Shown here piece after piece: positions 38,043-49,894 of a DNA stretch of 64,000 nucleotides; positions within the stretch are counted from its first letter, which is position 1, and each line of letters starts with the position of its first letter. The stretch spans positions 13,144,001 through 13,208,000 of the forward strand of contig NC_043005.1 in the NCBI RefSeq assembly GCF_006345805.1. The letters are read 5' to 3'. The DNA is from Octopus sinensis (taxonomy: Eukaryota). The position numbers and the translations under genes are program-made. Below the pieces are notes generated by a model. It saw nothing but the letters and a program-made list of their open reading frames with translations, did no database searches and had not been told where the DNA came from.

Positions 38043-38267
38043 CCGTCCATGGCCGTTTGCCAGCTCCATCTGGCACCTGTGCGGGTGACACGTAAAATGC
38101 ACCCACTACACTCACGGAGTGGTTGGCGTTAGGAAGGGCGTCCAGCCGTAAAAACACTGCCAGATCAGACTGGGCCTGATGCAGCCTTCTGGCTTCACAG
38201 ACCCCAGTTGAACCATCCAACCCATGCTAGCATGGAAAGCAAATGCTAAATGATGATGATGATGATA

Positions 38268-38298
<31 letters not shown>

Positions 38299-38634
38299 AG
38301 AATGTAAGAAGTCGAAAAGGTAAATACAGACGATATATGTTTCATAGCTAGTCAATATGTGTTACATAACTCGTAGCACACACAAAACCTGCTTAACTAA
38401 TCTGCAGGTCACATTGCCTTTGCGTTGTGTACATCGTCACAGGGTGACGAATTTAGCTATGAAACATGTAGTCTTTATTTATGTTTTATTTACATTTTCA
38501 TTCGCATATTTAACAATTCTAGTTGTTAAGACATAAGTTGTACAGTGGTTATCAGCTTATTGAAATTTCGATTAATTTTAATATGGGATGTAGTGGATAA
38601 CATTCGATGGTCATTAAACTCTTTTTATCATATG

Positions 38635-39035
38635 CTAGCAGTATTGCCCGGCGTTGCTCGGGTTTGTAAGGGAAATAACTATATAAGCATTTTTAGAGTT
38701 ATAGCCAAGAAATAGCAAAAAAATGCATTAAAAATGGAAAAAAAATTATGGTAAATGTTTTTAAAAATCGTTGACTCATCGTAGACAGTTTTAGAGAGTT
38801 ACTTCCCTTATATAATAGTGGAAAAAAATGCATTAAAATGGAAAAAAATGATGGTAAATTTTTTTTTAAATCATAGACTCATCGTAGACGCGCACTAATA
38901 CCCAGAAGGGCTCGATATGAATCCCGACTATAAGATACCCGGTTTTGGTTACACTGCACCGCAAAATGTGGGAGTAGTTAGGAATCTAAATCGTAGGAGA
39001 CAGACAGCACACAACCTCACTTTTATATATAAAGA
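38635..39035 (-). mobile_element. Non-autonomous Helitron
   Basis: Minus strand A|TCTTTATATATAAAA ... CCCGAGCAACGCCGGG..CTAG; internal ~75-bp duplication. Confidence 0.8.
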
Positions 39036-39411
39036 TTGTCCAACTTTTGTCATCTATTCTTGCTGTGTACATGCTGGAAGCTTAATAACTTCCTATACCA
39101 GGATCTTTCAGATCATACTACATATGTATATGTGAGACGTGTGTGTGTTTTTGTGTTTCTACCTCGCTATCACATGGTCATCATTGTTGGTTTGTTTGTG
39201 TCCCTGTAATTTAGCAGTTCAGCAAAAGGGCCGATAGAATAAGTTACAGACTTAAAAATAAGTACTCGGTTGATCTTTTATCTAACTAAACTCTTTAAGG
39301 CAATGCCCTTGTATGACTGCATGCAACCTCTGGCCGAAACCAATAGAAGTAAAAAACAAACATAATGCATAACTATATGTGTGTGTGTATGTGTGTGTAT
39401 ATATATATATA

Positions 39412-39917
39412 TCTATATATATAAAACTCTAGTTGTGTGAGTGTCTGTCCCCTTCGATTTAGATTCCTAACTCCTCCCACATTTTGCGGTGCAGTTTAAC
39501 CAAATTCGGGTATCTTATAGTCGTGATTCATATCGAGCCCGTCTGACTATTAGCGCGCGTCAACGATGAGTCTACGATTTTAAAAATAATTTAACATCAT
39601 TTTTTATTCCATTTTAATGCATAAAATGCATCGTATGTCGATGGCGGCGGAGTTGGCGTCCACGCTCACAGCTGCACCTGTTTGCTTCTCCCCCTTCCCT
39701 CCCTCGTGAAGCTGTGGGGAAGGGAGTGTAAAGAAATCAACGTCGTAATGCGTTGTGAAGGAAACCAGCGTTCTTTTAGAACAACGACTTCATGGCTTGA
39801 AGACACCAAAACAAAAATGGCTAAGAAAGCCCGAATTTATAAGGGAAGTAACTCTCTAAAAATGCTTATATAGTTATTTCCCTTACAAACCCGAGCAACG
39901 CCGGGCGTTACTGCTAG
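39412..39917 (+). mobile_element. Non-autonomous Helitron, same family, with ~215-bp extra internal segment
   Basis: A|TCTATATATATAAAA at 39412; hairpin CCCGAGC-AAC-GCCGGG; CTAG|T at 39914-39918. Confidence 0.85.
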
Positions 39918-41279
39918 TATTATATATAAAGTAAATGGAAAATGGAGAAATATTGATCAACAACAATTGACTTACATCAATTATTATTTTTTAATTCACT
40001 ACAAATAGACTGCATCCCATCTAACAGCTGTTTCTGCTTCCAATGTTACATGGTATTGCTATATATATATATATATATATATGCCATCATCCTCATCATC
40101 ATAATTTTTTGTCCATGGATTGGATGGTTTGACCAGAGCTGGCAAGCTGGAGAGCTGCACTAGATTCCAGTCTGATCTAGCATGGTTTCTACAGCTGGAT
40201 GCCCTTCCTAATGCCAACCGCTTTACAGTGTGTGCTAGGTGCTTCTATGTGGCACTGCATGGACACTTTTATGTGACACCTTTACGAGTGCTTTACACAA
40301 CCAGAGTGACTGATCTTAACATTTCTGCTGTGGAGTACGTGCCTTCTTGAGTATAGCAAGGTGCCAGGCATCTCGGCCCTATGTAATCTTGCCTATATAT
40401 GCATATATATGATGATGATGATGATGATACGAGGTCTGATGAAAAAAGTGTTGAGCCTGTTGCTATGACAAATGAACTAAAGTATGCAGAGTGAAACCAC
40501 TTAGCACAGGCTGACCTTGAACTCTGTTGCGCATACACATTAAATTATAATGTTCTTGTTTGCTTTCATTGTTTATATCAGTGCTTCAAAGTAAAGTGTG
40601 TAGAGTGTGGTCATTTCATCATGCCACAGAGGGTCTGCGTGGATGTGTGTGTGTGTGAATATACTTCATGTTGATGTTAGCAAGTCCATTCTTGATAATA
40701 TCTATGTATATAAAATGTTGTATAGATATGATTATTAAAGGTTTGAACCATGGGATATCTTTGTATCACTATATCAAAAATGTCTGGTATTATTACTCTT
40801 TTACTTGTTTCAGTCATTTGACTGTGGCCATGCTGGAGCACCTCCTTTTTAGTCGAGCAAATCGACCCCAGGACTTATTCTTTGTAAGCCTAGTACTTAT
40901 TCTATCAGTCTCTTTTGATGATGATGATATATATATCTTGCCTAGGTGCCATGCAGTGGGACTGAACCCGGAACCATGTGGCTGGTAAGCAAGCTACTTA
41001 CCACACAGTCACTCCTGCACCTTGTATGTATGTATGTATACATATATATGACAAGCTTCTTTCAGTTTCTGTCTACCAAATCCACTCACAAGGTTTTGGT
41101 CGGCCCGAGGCTATAGTAGAAGACATTTGCCCTAGGTACCATGCAGTTTGGTTGGCCCGAGGCTTATAGTAGACGGTTCCATGTAGTGGAACTGAACCTG
41201 GAACCACGTGGTTGGGAAGCCATGTTTTTACCACACAGTCATACCTGCACCTAGAAGTGAGTTTGTCAACATCATCATC

Positions 41280-41628
41280 AAAATAAAAATCAAATGGAAA
41301 TTGTAGTTACGTTACCCATGCCAGTGGCACGTAAAAAGCACCATCCGAATGTGGCTGATGCTAGTGTCGCCTGACCGGCGTCCGTGTCGGTGATACGTAA
41401 AAAGCACCAGTCGATCGTGGCCATTTGCCAAGCACCTCTGGCCCCTGTGCCAGTGGCACGTAAAAAGCACCCACTACAGTCACAGAGTGGTTGGAGTTAG
41501 GAAGGGCATCTAGCTGTAGAAACACTGCCAGATCAGACTGGAGCCAGGCGCAGCCTCCTGGATTCCCAGACCTCGGTCGAACTGTCCAACCCATGCTAGC
41601 ATGGAAAACGGACGTTAAACGATGATGA

Positions 41629-41633
<5 letters not shown>
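41280..41633 (+). mobile_element. RTE 3' fragment (C) with three subrepeats
   Basis: Starts in the AATGGAAATTG 3' UTR segment also seen at 17860-18000 (minus strand); (GAT)n tail. Confidence 0.8.
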
Positions 41634-41678
<45 letters not shown>

Positions 41679-42916
41679 GTAATCATAAGAATTTTTTGTG
41701 TAATAAGATAAAAAACCAAAGCTGTATAGATATTGTTGGTAACTTACCACACAGCCATTCCTGCGCCTATATTATTAGTTTACAATTACTAAACTATTTA
41801 ACTTTAGATAAGAAATTCTACTCTATGAAAAGTATCTCTGAATATCTAATACCATATAGGATCAAGGCATGGTTAGGCACAGGCATAGCCATATGGTTAA
41901 GCAGCTTGCTTCACAATATGTCGTCATCGGCTCACTTCCACCGTGAAGCATGCTGGGCAGGTGTCTTCTGCTGCAAGTCAGGGTTGACCAAAACCTTGTG
42001 AGTGAATTTGGGAGATGGAAACTAAAAGAAGCCCATCATATATAATGTATATATATCACCATCATCATCATCATCATCATGTCTGTTTTTCATGCTGGCA
42101 AGGGTTGGTCAGTTTAACTGGAGCTGGCATTGCAGGAGAGCTGCACCATGTTCCAGTCTGATTTGGCTTGGTTTCTGTGGCTGGATGCATTTCCTAATGC
42201 CAACCTAGCAGTGTGTTCCGGATGCCTTTTACGTGGCACGTGTGTGTGTGTGTGTGTGTGGACCTGTGCCTCAACATCACTATCCTGCAGGTGATGTTCG
42301 TTTCCAGTGTCTATGAAAAACATGTCTAACCATGGAAATATTATCTTGTCTGGAAATTAGTCAAGGCTGGCTGTAGGAAAGACATCCAGCCTCAGCAAAT
42401 TCCATCTGATTCAAGCAAGCATGGAGCAGGGGACATAAAAATGATGATGATGATGACAGCAACAATGATGATGGTGAGGATGAATGCTAGAAGAAACTTT
42501 TGACAAGACACTATGGTCTCTATAAACACATCAAAGTACTTGACACCCTTTAGTTATTATGAATACTAAAGAATTAAACCTTTAACCATGACTCTATCTG
42601 AATATATCAAAATATCTGACACTGATTTGTATTATGTATGTGTTAAAATCCATTCAACCTTGAATAGATGAAAGGCCACGTTGACCTCTGCAGGATTTGA
42701 AGTCAGAGCACACAGAACTGGAACACATACCACAATGTATTCGATCTGATGCTATAATCATACACTTTTGTAATTTGCTGCTAATTCTATTGGTTTCTCA
42801 TTTTGATTGGCACCAAGTCTGAAATGTGTTGAAAAACGAGTGTGTTTAGTGTCCAGTGCATTACTGATACACCTGTAAGGATATGAGATGTAAAATCAAT
42901 CTTGGCTAACTTGAAA

Positions 42917-43113
42917 CGCCATGATAGATCGTTAGCCACTACATACATTTTTTCTCCCCTTGTTTCTTTTCTTGTTTTTTCTGTGTCCCTTTCTGTAGAA
43001 GAGCGTAGGCTTGAAACGTAAAAGACTCTTTCTATTCCTGAGCATTATACTAATACATCTATTTGTTTTGTACACCACCTGTCTTCGTCTTTTGTTTTTT
43101 CTTAAACTCTCCC
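42917..43113 (+). mobile_element. Repeat family F copy with best-preserved variant hammerhead motif (42988-43025)
   Basis: CTTT-CTGTAGA-A-GAGC(GTAG)GCTT-GAAA-CGTA-AAAG. Confidence 0.65.
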
Positions 43114-43155
43114 TATATATATATATGTATGTATGTATGTATATATATGTATGTA

Positions 43156-43195
<40 letters not shown>

Positions 43196-43354
43196 GATCG
43201 ACTGGTGCTTTTTATGTGTCACTGACATGGACGCCAGTCAGGCGGCGCTGGCATCAGCCACATTCGGATGGTGCCTTTTACGTGGCACCGGCATGGGTAA
43301 CATAACTACAATTTCCATTTGATTTTTATTTAGATGTTGATGAACTCACTTCTA

Positions 43355-43725
43355 GGTGCAGGTATGGCTGTGTGGTAAAAACATGGCTTCCCAACCACAT
43401 GGTTCCGGGTTCAATTCCACTGCATGGAACCTTCTACTATAAGCCTCGGGTTGACCAAAGCCTTGTGAGTGGATTTGGTAGACGGAAACTGAAAGAAGCC
43501 CATCATATGTGTGTGTTCGTTTGTGTGTGTGTGTGTGTTGTCCCCCACCATCGCTTGACAACTGATGTTGGTGTGTTTACGTCCCCTTAACATTGCAGTT
43601 TGGCAAAAGAGACTGATAGAAAAAGTACAAAGCTTGCAAAGAATAAGTCCTGAGGTTGATTTGTTTGACGAAAGGTGATGCTCCAGCATGGCTGCCGTCA
43701 AATGAATGGAACAAATAAAAGAAAT
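43355..43725 (+). mobile_element. SINE family A
   Basis: Head with a small internal deletion, plus tail. Confidence 0.8.
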
Positions 43726-44039
43726 ATAATATATATATATAAATAATCATCATCATCCTTGTTTATTATCCATTTTCCATGCTGGCATGGGTCCTTGGTT
43801 TCAGCCAGGGAGCTCTCCAGACTTCAATTGTCTGTTGTGGCATGGTTTCTATAGCTGGATGCCCTTCCCCTTGCCAACTACTTTACAGAGTATGTTGGGT
43901 ACTTTTTTGTGTGGCACTGGCACAGGTGCATCTATGCATTACCAGCACAAGTATATTTCATGTGGCACCAGCCCCTGTAAAGGACAGGCCTGTATGTATA
44001 GATGACAGCGACTTTACTTAGGTGCCCTACATAACTGCC

Positions 44040-44097
<58 letters not shown>

Positions 44098-44308
44098 CTC
44101 TCTCTTTCGGAGAGGCACTGAGCAGCTATACGCACACATACACACACGGCGGCAGTAACTCCCACCTACCGAATTCAATCACGAAGCTCCGGTCGGCTTG
44201 GGGCTATAGTGGAAGACACCTACCCAAAGTGCCACGCAGTGGGACTGAACCCGAAACCATGTAGTTAGAAAGCAAGCTCCCTTACCACACAGCCATGCCC
44301 GCGCCTAC

Positions 44309-44571
44309 TATATATAAAAATACAAAATGGGACAAGAACGCAAAACATTTAGATAGACGACACAAACAAACGGACGGGTCATTCAAAGCCTCTAATCTTC
44401 ACTCAAGAACCAGATCATCCTCGCAATTTCGGCTGATTAATCTTGAGCCGAAATTGCGAGGATGATCCGGTTCTTGACTGAAGAATAGAGGCTTCGAATG
44501 ACCCGTCGGTTTTTTTGTGTCGTCTATCTAAATGTTTTGCGTTCTTGTCCCATTTTGTATTTTTATATATA
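44309..44571. repeat. Fold-back inverted repeat of family E (126-bp arms, 11-nt loop)
   Basis: Arms 44309-44434 and 44446-44571, roughly 92-95% complementary by eye. Confidence 0.92.
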
Positions 44572-44618
44572 TTTTTTATACATAGATTATTGCGGCGTAA
44601 CGTACACCTTGTTCTCTT

Positions 44619-44660
<42 letters not shown>

Positions 44661-45101
44661 AAGAGAGCTATATGTGGACAGGTGAGGTGTGTCTGCAGCA
44701 GCATATTGAGCACTCACTGGCCGTATAGAGTCTAGATACGCAGAAAACAAGATAAAGTGATGAAAATAGCAACACAGAAAGCAAGATAAAAGCTATTGTT
44801 ATTAGGCCATCACTAATAGAAACAGAAATGTTTTGGTTGTAAGTCTTATATCAGAAAGAAGAAACGAGGGGGGGAGAAAATTGGAAAATGGGTGTGTAGG
44901 AGGGGGGAAATGGAAAGTGAAAATAGAACAAATTCTAATGTGTTGTTTCCCTACAGCAACATTTCGAAATGAGCCGGAAGCGACTTGTATGAACAAAAGA
45001 CGCTTTATGTGTAGGAGTGTGGCAGAGAAGAAAGTTGTCAATATGTGTGTGTGTGTATGTAAGCATGTCTGTGGAAGCTGTTTGAATATGTGCATGTGTT
45101 G

Positions 45102-45139
<38 letters not shown>

Positions 45140-45294
45140 CATCATCATCATCATCGTCATTTAACGTCCGCTTTCCATGCTGGCATGGGTTGGACGGTTT
45201 GACTGAGGACTGGTGCACCAGGCTCAATCTAATCTGGCAAAGTTTCCATGTATGTGTGTGTGTATGTGTGTGTGCGTATATGTGGATGTGTGTA

Positions 45295-45346
<52 letters not shown>

Positions 45347-45923
45347 GGTTTGAGTGTGTGCAAGTATATGTGTACGTATATAACCGTGTGTGTGTGTTTC
45401 CTTATATTTTTCATTGATCCTGAGCCACAATGATCCTACTGAAAAATGTCCTGGCACTTTTAGTCCACATTGAAGCATTTAACAAAAAATTTTTTCTCAT
45501 GTTTGACTTGTTTTCCATTAGGTGATAGGTTCAATTCCCAGACTAGCTGATGTATTATGCCCTTGAGCAAGACATTTCATTCCACATTACTCCAGTCTGT
45601 TCATTTGTAACTGATTAGCATCCAGGTGTTATTGGTACAGCAGAGGGATGTTATTTACAGGTATGTTCACATGAGATGCATCATTAAATGTCGCCATCTC
45701 GCTTGCCATAGGGAGGGAGCCTGTCTCCCTTGTCAGCCATTAGAAAAGTGGTCTCCCATGGGTAAGAGTTGGTTTGACTCTTATTTCTAGCAGTGCTGGT
45801 GCTTACTAGCACCATCCGTCACTTTAATGACAACTGTATTTGTTGCATATTAGTTCTAAATTGCCAATAGCCACCTTTACTATATGTAAGTATGTATGTA
45901 TACATATAATGAATAGATATATA

Positions 45924-45962
<39 letters not shown>

Positions 45963-46279
45963 GGTACAGGATGTCATCAACAGTGCAAATAACATGAAAT
46001 ATGTAAACAGAGATATATAAACGAGAAAAAATGGAAAACAGAACAAGTAAACACAGAGAAAGGACCCTTCGTCAGCTGTCTATCTACTCCTCATTTCGAG
46101 CATATATACGCATATGTATATGTACATAATGTATGTATATATACATGTGTGTGTGTGTATAATTATTTTGTCTTTTTGTACAACAGAAATTTGCTAGGAA
46201 AGCAAAAAATTGGAAAATTACCATTTTTAAATCTCATGTGAGATATTCAACAACAGTACTTTGTAGTAAAGATTGTTTG

Positions 46280-46628
46280 CCAACATAACATGGTAGTCCT
46301 GGTTTAGGATTAGTGTTGCTGTAATTTAGCTCCAAGAGACATCGTCTCCAGTTGGCTATACAACACAATCTGTGTCCTTATATTTTCAAACAAGGAAATC
46401 TAGCACAGAATGATTACTCTAGCCAAGCAATCATTCTGTGCTGATGAAGGGAAATAACCCAGAAATTGCGATACACAGATATTGCTTTGAGCTGAGAGGG
46501 GGTGCTAGATTCCCTTGTTTGAAAATATAAGGACACGGATTATGTCCTATAGCCAGCTGGAGATAATGTCTCCTGGGGTTAAATTACAGCAACATTCGTC
46601 CTAAACCAGGACTGCCATGTTATGTTGG
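46280..46628 (+). mobile_element. Fold-back family P element: 127-bp inverted arms around a hammerhead-containing spacer
   Basis: Arms 46280-46406 and 46502-46628 (about 85% by eye); nested perfect 13-bp inverted repeat at 46403-46415 / 46429-46441. Confidence 0.85.
46435..46479 (+). ncRNA. Minimal type-I hammerhead ribozyme motif, complete core
   Basis: UCUGUG-CUGAUGA-A-GGG(aaauaa)CCC-A-GAAA-UUGCGA-UA-CACAGA: 6-bp helix I, quasi-palindromic helix III AUUGCGAU, AUA triplet. Confidence 0.7.
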
Positions 46629-46969
46629 AAAAAAAATTATTGAATAATTAAGTGTTTATAAAAAAAAGATTAAGATATCTATGTGTAGATGGATAGATAG
46701 ATTGGGTAGGTTACACAATAATGTACTATGTTTTTGTTGCACATGAGCAATACTCTTTGTAGTTCTTTCCATTAATTATTGGTAATAACAAAATTGCCTT
46801 GACATTGAAGAGACAGCAGACATTAGATTGGCAAGTGAATGTGAAGATGGCAACAGGAAGTCAGAAAAGAAGTAAGCACAATAAATGAAAGTGTTTGGGT
46901 GAGCAATATAGATGCAGAGTCAAAATCTTGTTTCCCTTATTTGTTTCAAGACAGGAAGTTAGACTTGTA

Positions 46970-47125
46970 AGTGGAGTGTGTTAAGAAGCTTGCTTACCAA
47001 CCACATGGTTCTGAGTTCAGTCCCACTGTGTGACACCTTGGGCAAGTGTCTTCTACTATAGCCTCCAGCCAACCAAAGCCTTGTGAATGGATTTGGTAGA
47101 GGGAAACTGAAAGAAGCCCGTCGTA

Positions 47126-47166
<41 letters not shown>

Positions 47167-47400
47167 ATCTCTCTATCTATATGTGTGTATATGTTTGTGT
47201 GCCTGTGTTTATCTCTCCAACATTGCTTGACAACCGATGCTGGTGTGTTTCTGTTGCCATAACTTAGCGGTTCGGCAAAAGAGACCGATAGAATAAGTAC
47301 TAGGCTTACAAAGAATAAGTCCTGTGGTTGATTTGCTCGACTAAAGGTGGTGCTTCAGCATGGCCACAGTCAAATGACTGAAACAAGTAAAAGAGTAAAG
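46970..47400 (+). mobile_element. SINE family A, full length
   Basis: Head, internal microsatellite and tail. Confidence 0.85.
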
Positions 47401-49511
47401 AATATACATATGTCTGTGTAGATAAGAAGTTTGCTTCTCAACTACTTGTTTTCAGGTTCAATCCTACTGTATGGTATCTTAGGCAAGTGTCTTTTATTGA
47501 GGTCTCAGGCTGACCAAATCCTTGTGTGTGGATTAGATAGACTGATAAATCTGTGTTTGTGTGTGTGTGTGTGTGTTGCTAGTTGCATACAAATATTACT
47601 ATGCTACATGCAGTATCATTCATTTGTAGTCTTTTGTGAAAATATGTCCACCCATTGTGCCGTTCTTATCAATATGCCATCCAGTCATAGAAAAATCTGC
47701 CTCAACAAATGAAAAGATAGGAAAGTGGACAGTAAAAGATGATGGTGTGTGTGTGTGTGTACACATTTGCACTTCCCTGAAAATTGCTCACCTATAAAGT
47801 GGTAACTTTTCCATTAGCCATAATATTAATATATTTCTGTTGTAATTACACTACTTTTACTTCAATTAATTTTGAGACTAATGAAGAATTTAGTAAAACA
47901 ATTTTGTCGTTTTTAAGCTGGTGTTTAGAACGTCGAATATTGATGGAAAGTTTTTACTGACTTCGCGTCAAAGCACGAAGTTTCTATCATAGAACCAAAG
48001 GCAGTCTCAGGTGTGTTGGTATCAAAACAGTTAATCTTGTGAGCAGAGTGTCTACCAGCTTTTTTTGTCTTTGATGATGTGTGCAACAAGAAATGCCTTA
48101 CTTGTAAAACAAGTACAGGTTAATGACTGAAGTGATATCCAGTTGTAATAACAAAGCCTTATTAATATATTCATCTAACCCATGCTCTCATGGAAAACTG
48201 CCTCATCATCATCACTTAACGTTCATTTTCCATGCTGACATGGGTTAGACGTTCTGCTTGGAGCTCCAGACTCAAGTCTGTTTTGCTTGGTTTCTATTGT
48301 TGGATACCCTTCCTAGTGCTAGCCACTTTACAAAGCGTGCTGCGTGTCTTTCACATCTCACCGGCAGTGGCCACCATCATCGTTATCATCATCATTGAAC
48401 TAATGTCCCTGTTCTCTTTCATACTTTCTTGTCTTCTGACACTTCTTCACTCCACCATCTTTATCTTTCTTTCTAACTGTTCCCACCCACCCTCATATTA
48501 TGTAGGGTAGCCATATATCTCCACTACAGCAAGCCATTTGACATAAAGCTACCCAACGTCTCTATTACTGCCCCCCACGCATTCAAGGGGGTTTGTCTCT
48601 TGTGTTACATAGTTCCCTCCCGAGTGTTGGTGCCATGGAAACAAAACCATCCTGTGGAGTAGTTAGCATTAGGAAGGGCATCCAGCTGTAGAAGCCATGC
48701 CAAAACAAACAATGAAGCTTAACGACCTCCTCCTCCAACATATGGGACCCTGTTGAACCATGACAGCACAGAGGACAACACTAAATGGCTCTGAAAGTGA
48801 TGATATATGTACGCACACAAGCACACACTCACAAACCTACAAGCATACATAGAAGCACCTGTGTCCATGTGTATATTCATATACAGGGACGCATGCGTTT
48901 GCTCACACACACACCACACACACACACACACATATATCAGTCCTCCACAATTAAGAAACAAAGCACTTGAGAGAACTTATCACTTCCAAGTTGAGTTAGT
49001 GTTTGTACGTATCAGTGTTGTTCTTTACGCACACACAAACATTGCTGGCACTCCTGTGATAATGAGTAAGGCAGGTGTTTAGCATGTTCACTGTTGCATG
49101 ATATCGGTGACACAACTGGGCCAGTGGTGTGATCTATTCTCTGAGAAGTGCACAAACCTCTCTGCTTTCCAATGAATGTGGTGTCACTGTTTATTTTATA
49201 GAAAAGCAGTATGAGTGAGTGAGTGTGTGTATGTGTGTTGCTATGCATGTCTGTATGTGGGTACCTGGGCTTGGTGAGTTAAGTAGGTGTAATACAACTC
49301 AGTGTATGTGTGTGTATGTGTATGTATGTAAATATAAATATATATATATAAGAAATATATGTATATGTATTTTTATATGTTGGATAATGTGTGTGTGCCT
49401 ACGTGTATATTTACATACATACATTCATATATATATATATACATGTATATGTCTGTGTGTATGAATCCGTGTAAGTAGATATGAGAGAGAGACATTTTAT
49501 ACAATATCTTT

Positions 49512-49615
<104 letters not shown>

Positions 49616-49863
49616 CACATATATATAATCATCACCACCATCATTTAATGTCCGCCTTCCATGCTGTCATAGGGACATGCATATATATAATGTGTGTGTG
49701 TGTGTGTGCGCGCTCCTCATAGATCAGTCTATCAGCTATAAAGCACTTGCCAAGAACAAAGCTGTTATCTGTCCCTGAATATCTACTTTGTTTGTTAAGT
49801 ATTTTTATAGATACATGTTTATTATCAATTTATAATAGGCTTAAGTAGATGACATATATTGTT

Positions 49864-49894
<31 letters not shown>

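Noticed and set aside
40427-40650. Possible mariner 5' end (TA|CGAGGTCTGATGAAAAAAGT)
   Set aside because: No matching second TIR or convincing transposase frame; too weak to annotate.
44446-44500. GAAA and CUGAAGA motifs in family E
   Set aside because: No helix II between CUGAAGA and a following GAAA; not called a ribozyme.
46050-46112. CUGACGAAGGG and CGAAA on the minus strand (similar pattern at 54680-54735)
   Set aside because: GAAA precedes CUGANGA, and no convincing helices could be built for any circular permutation.
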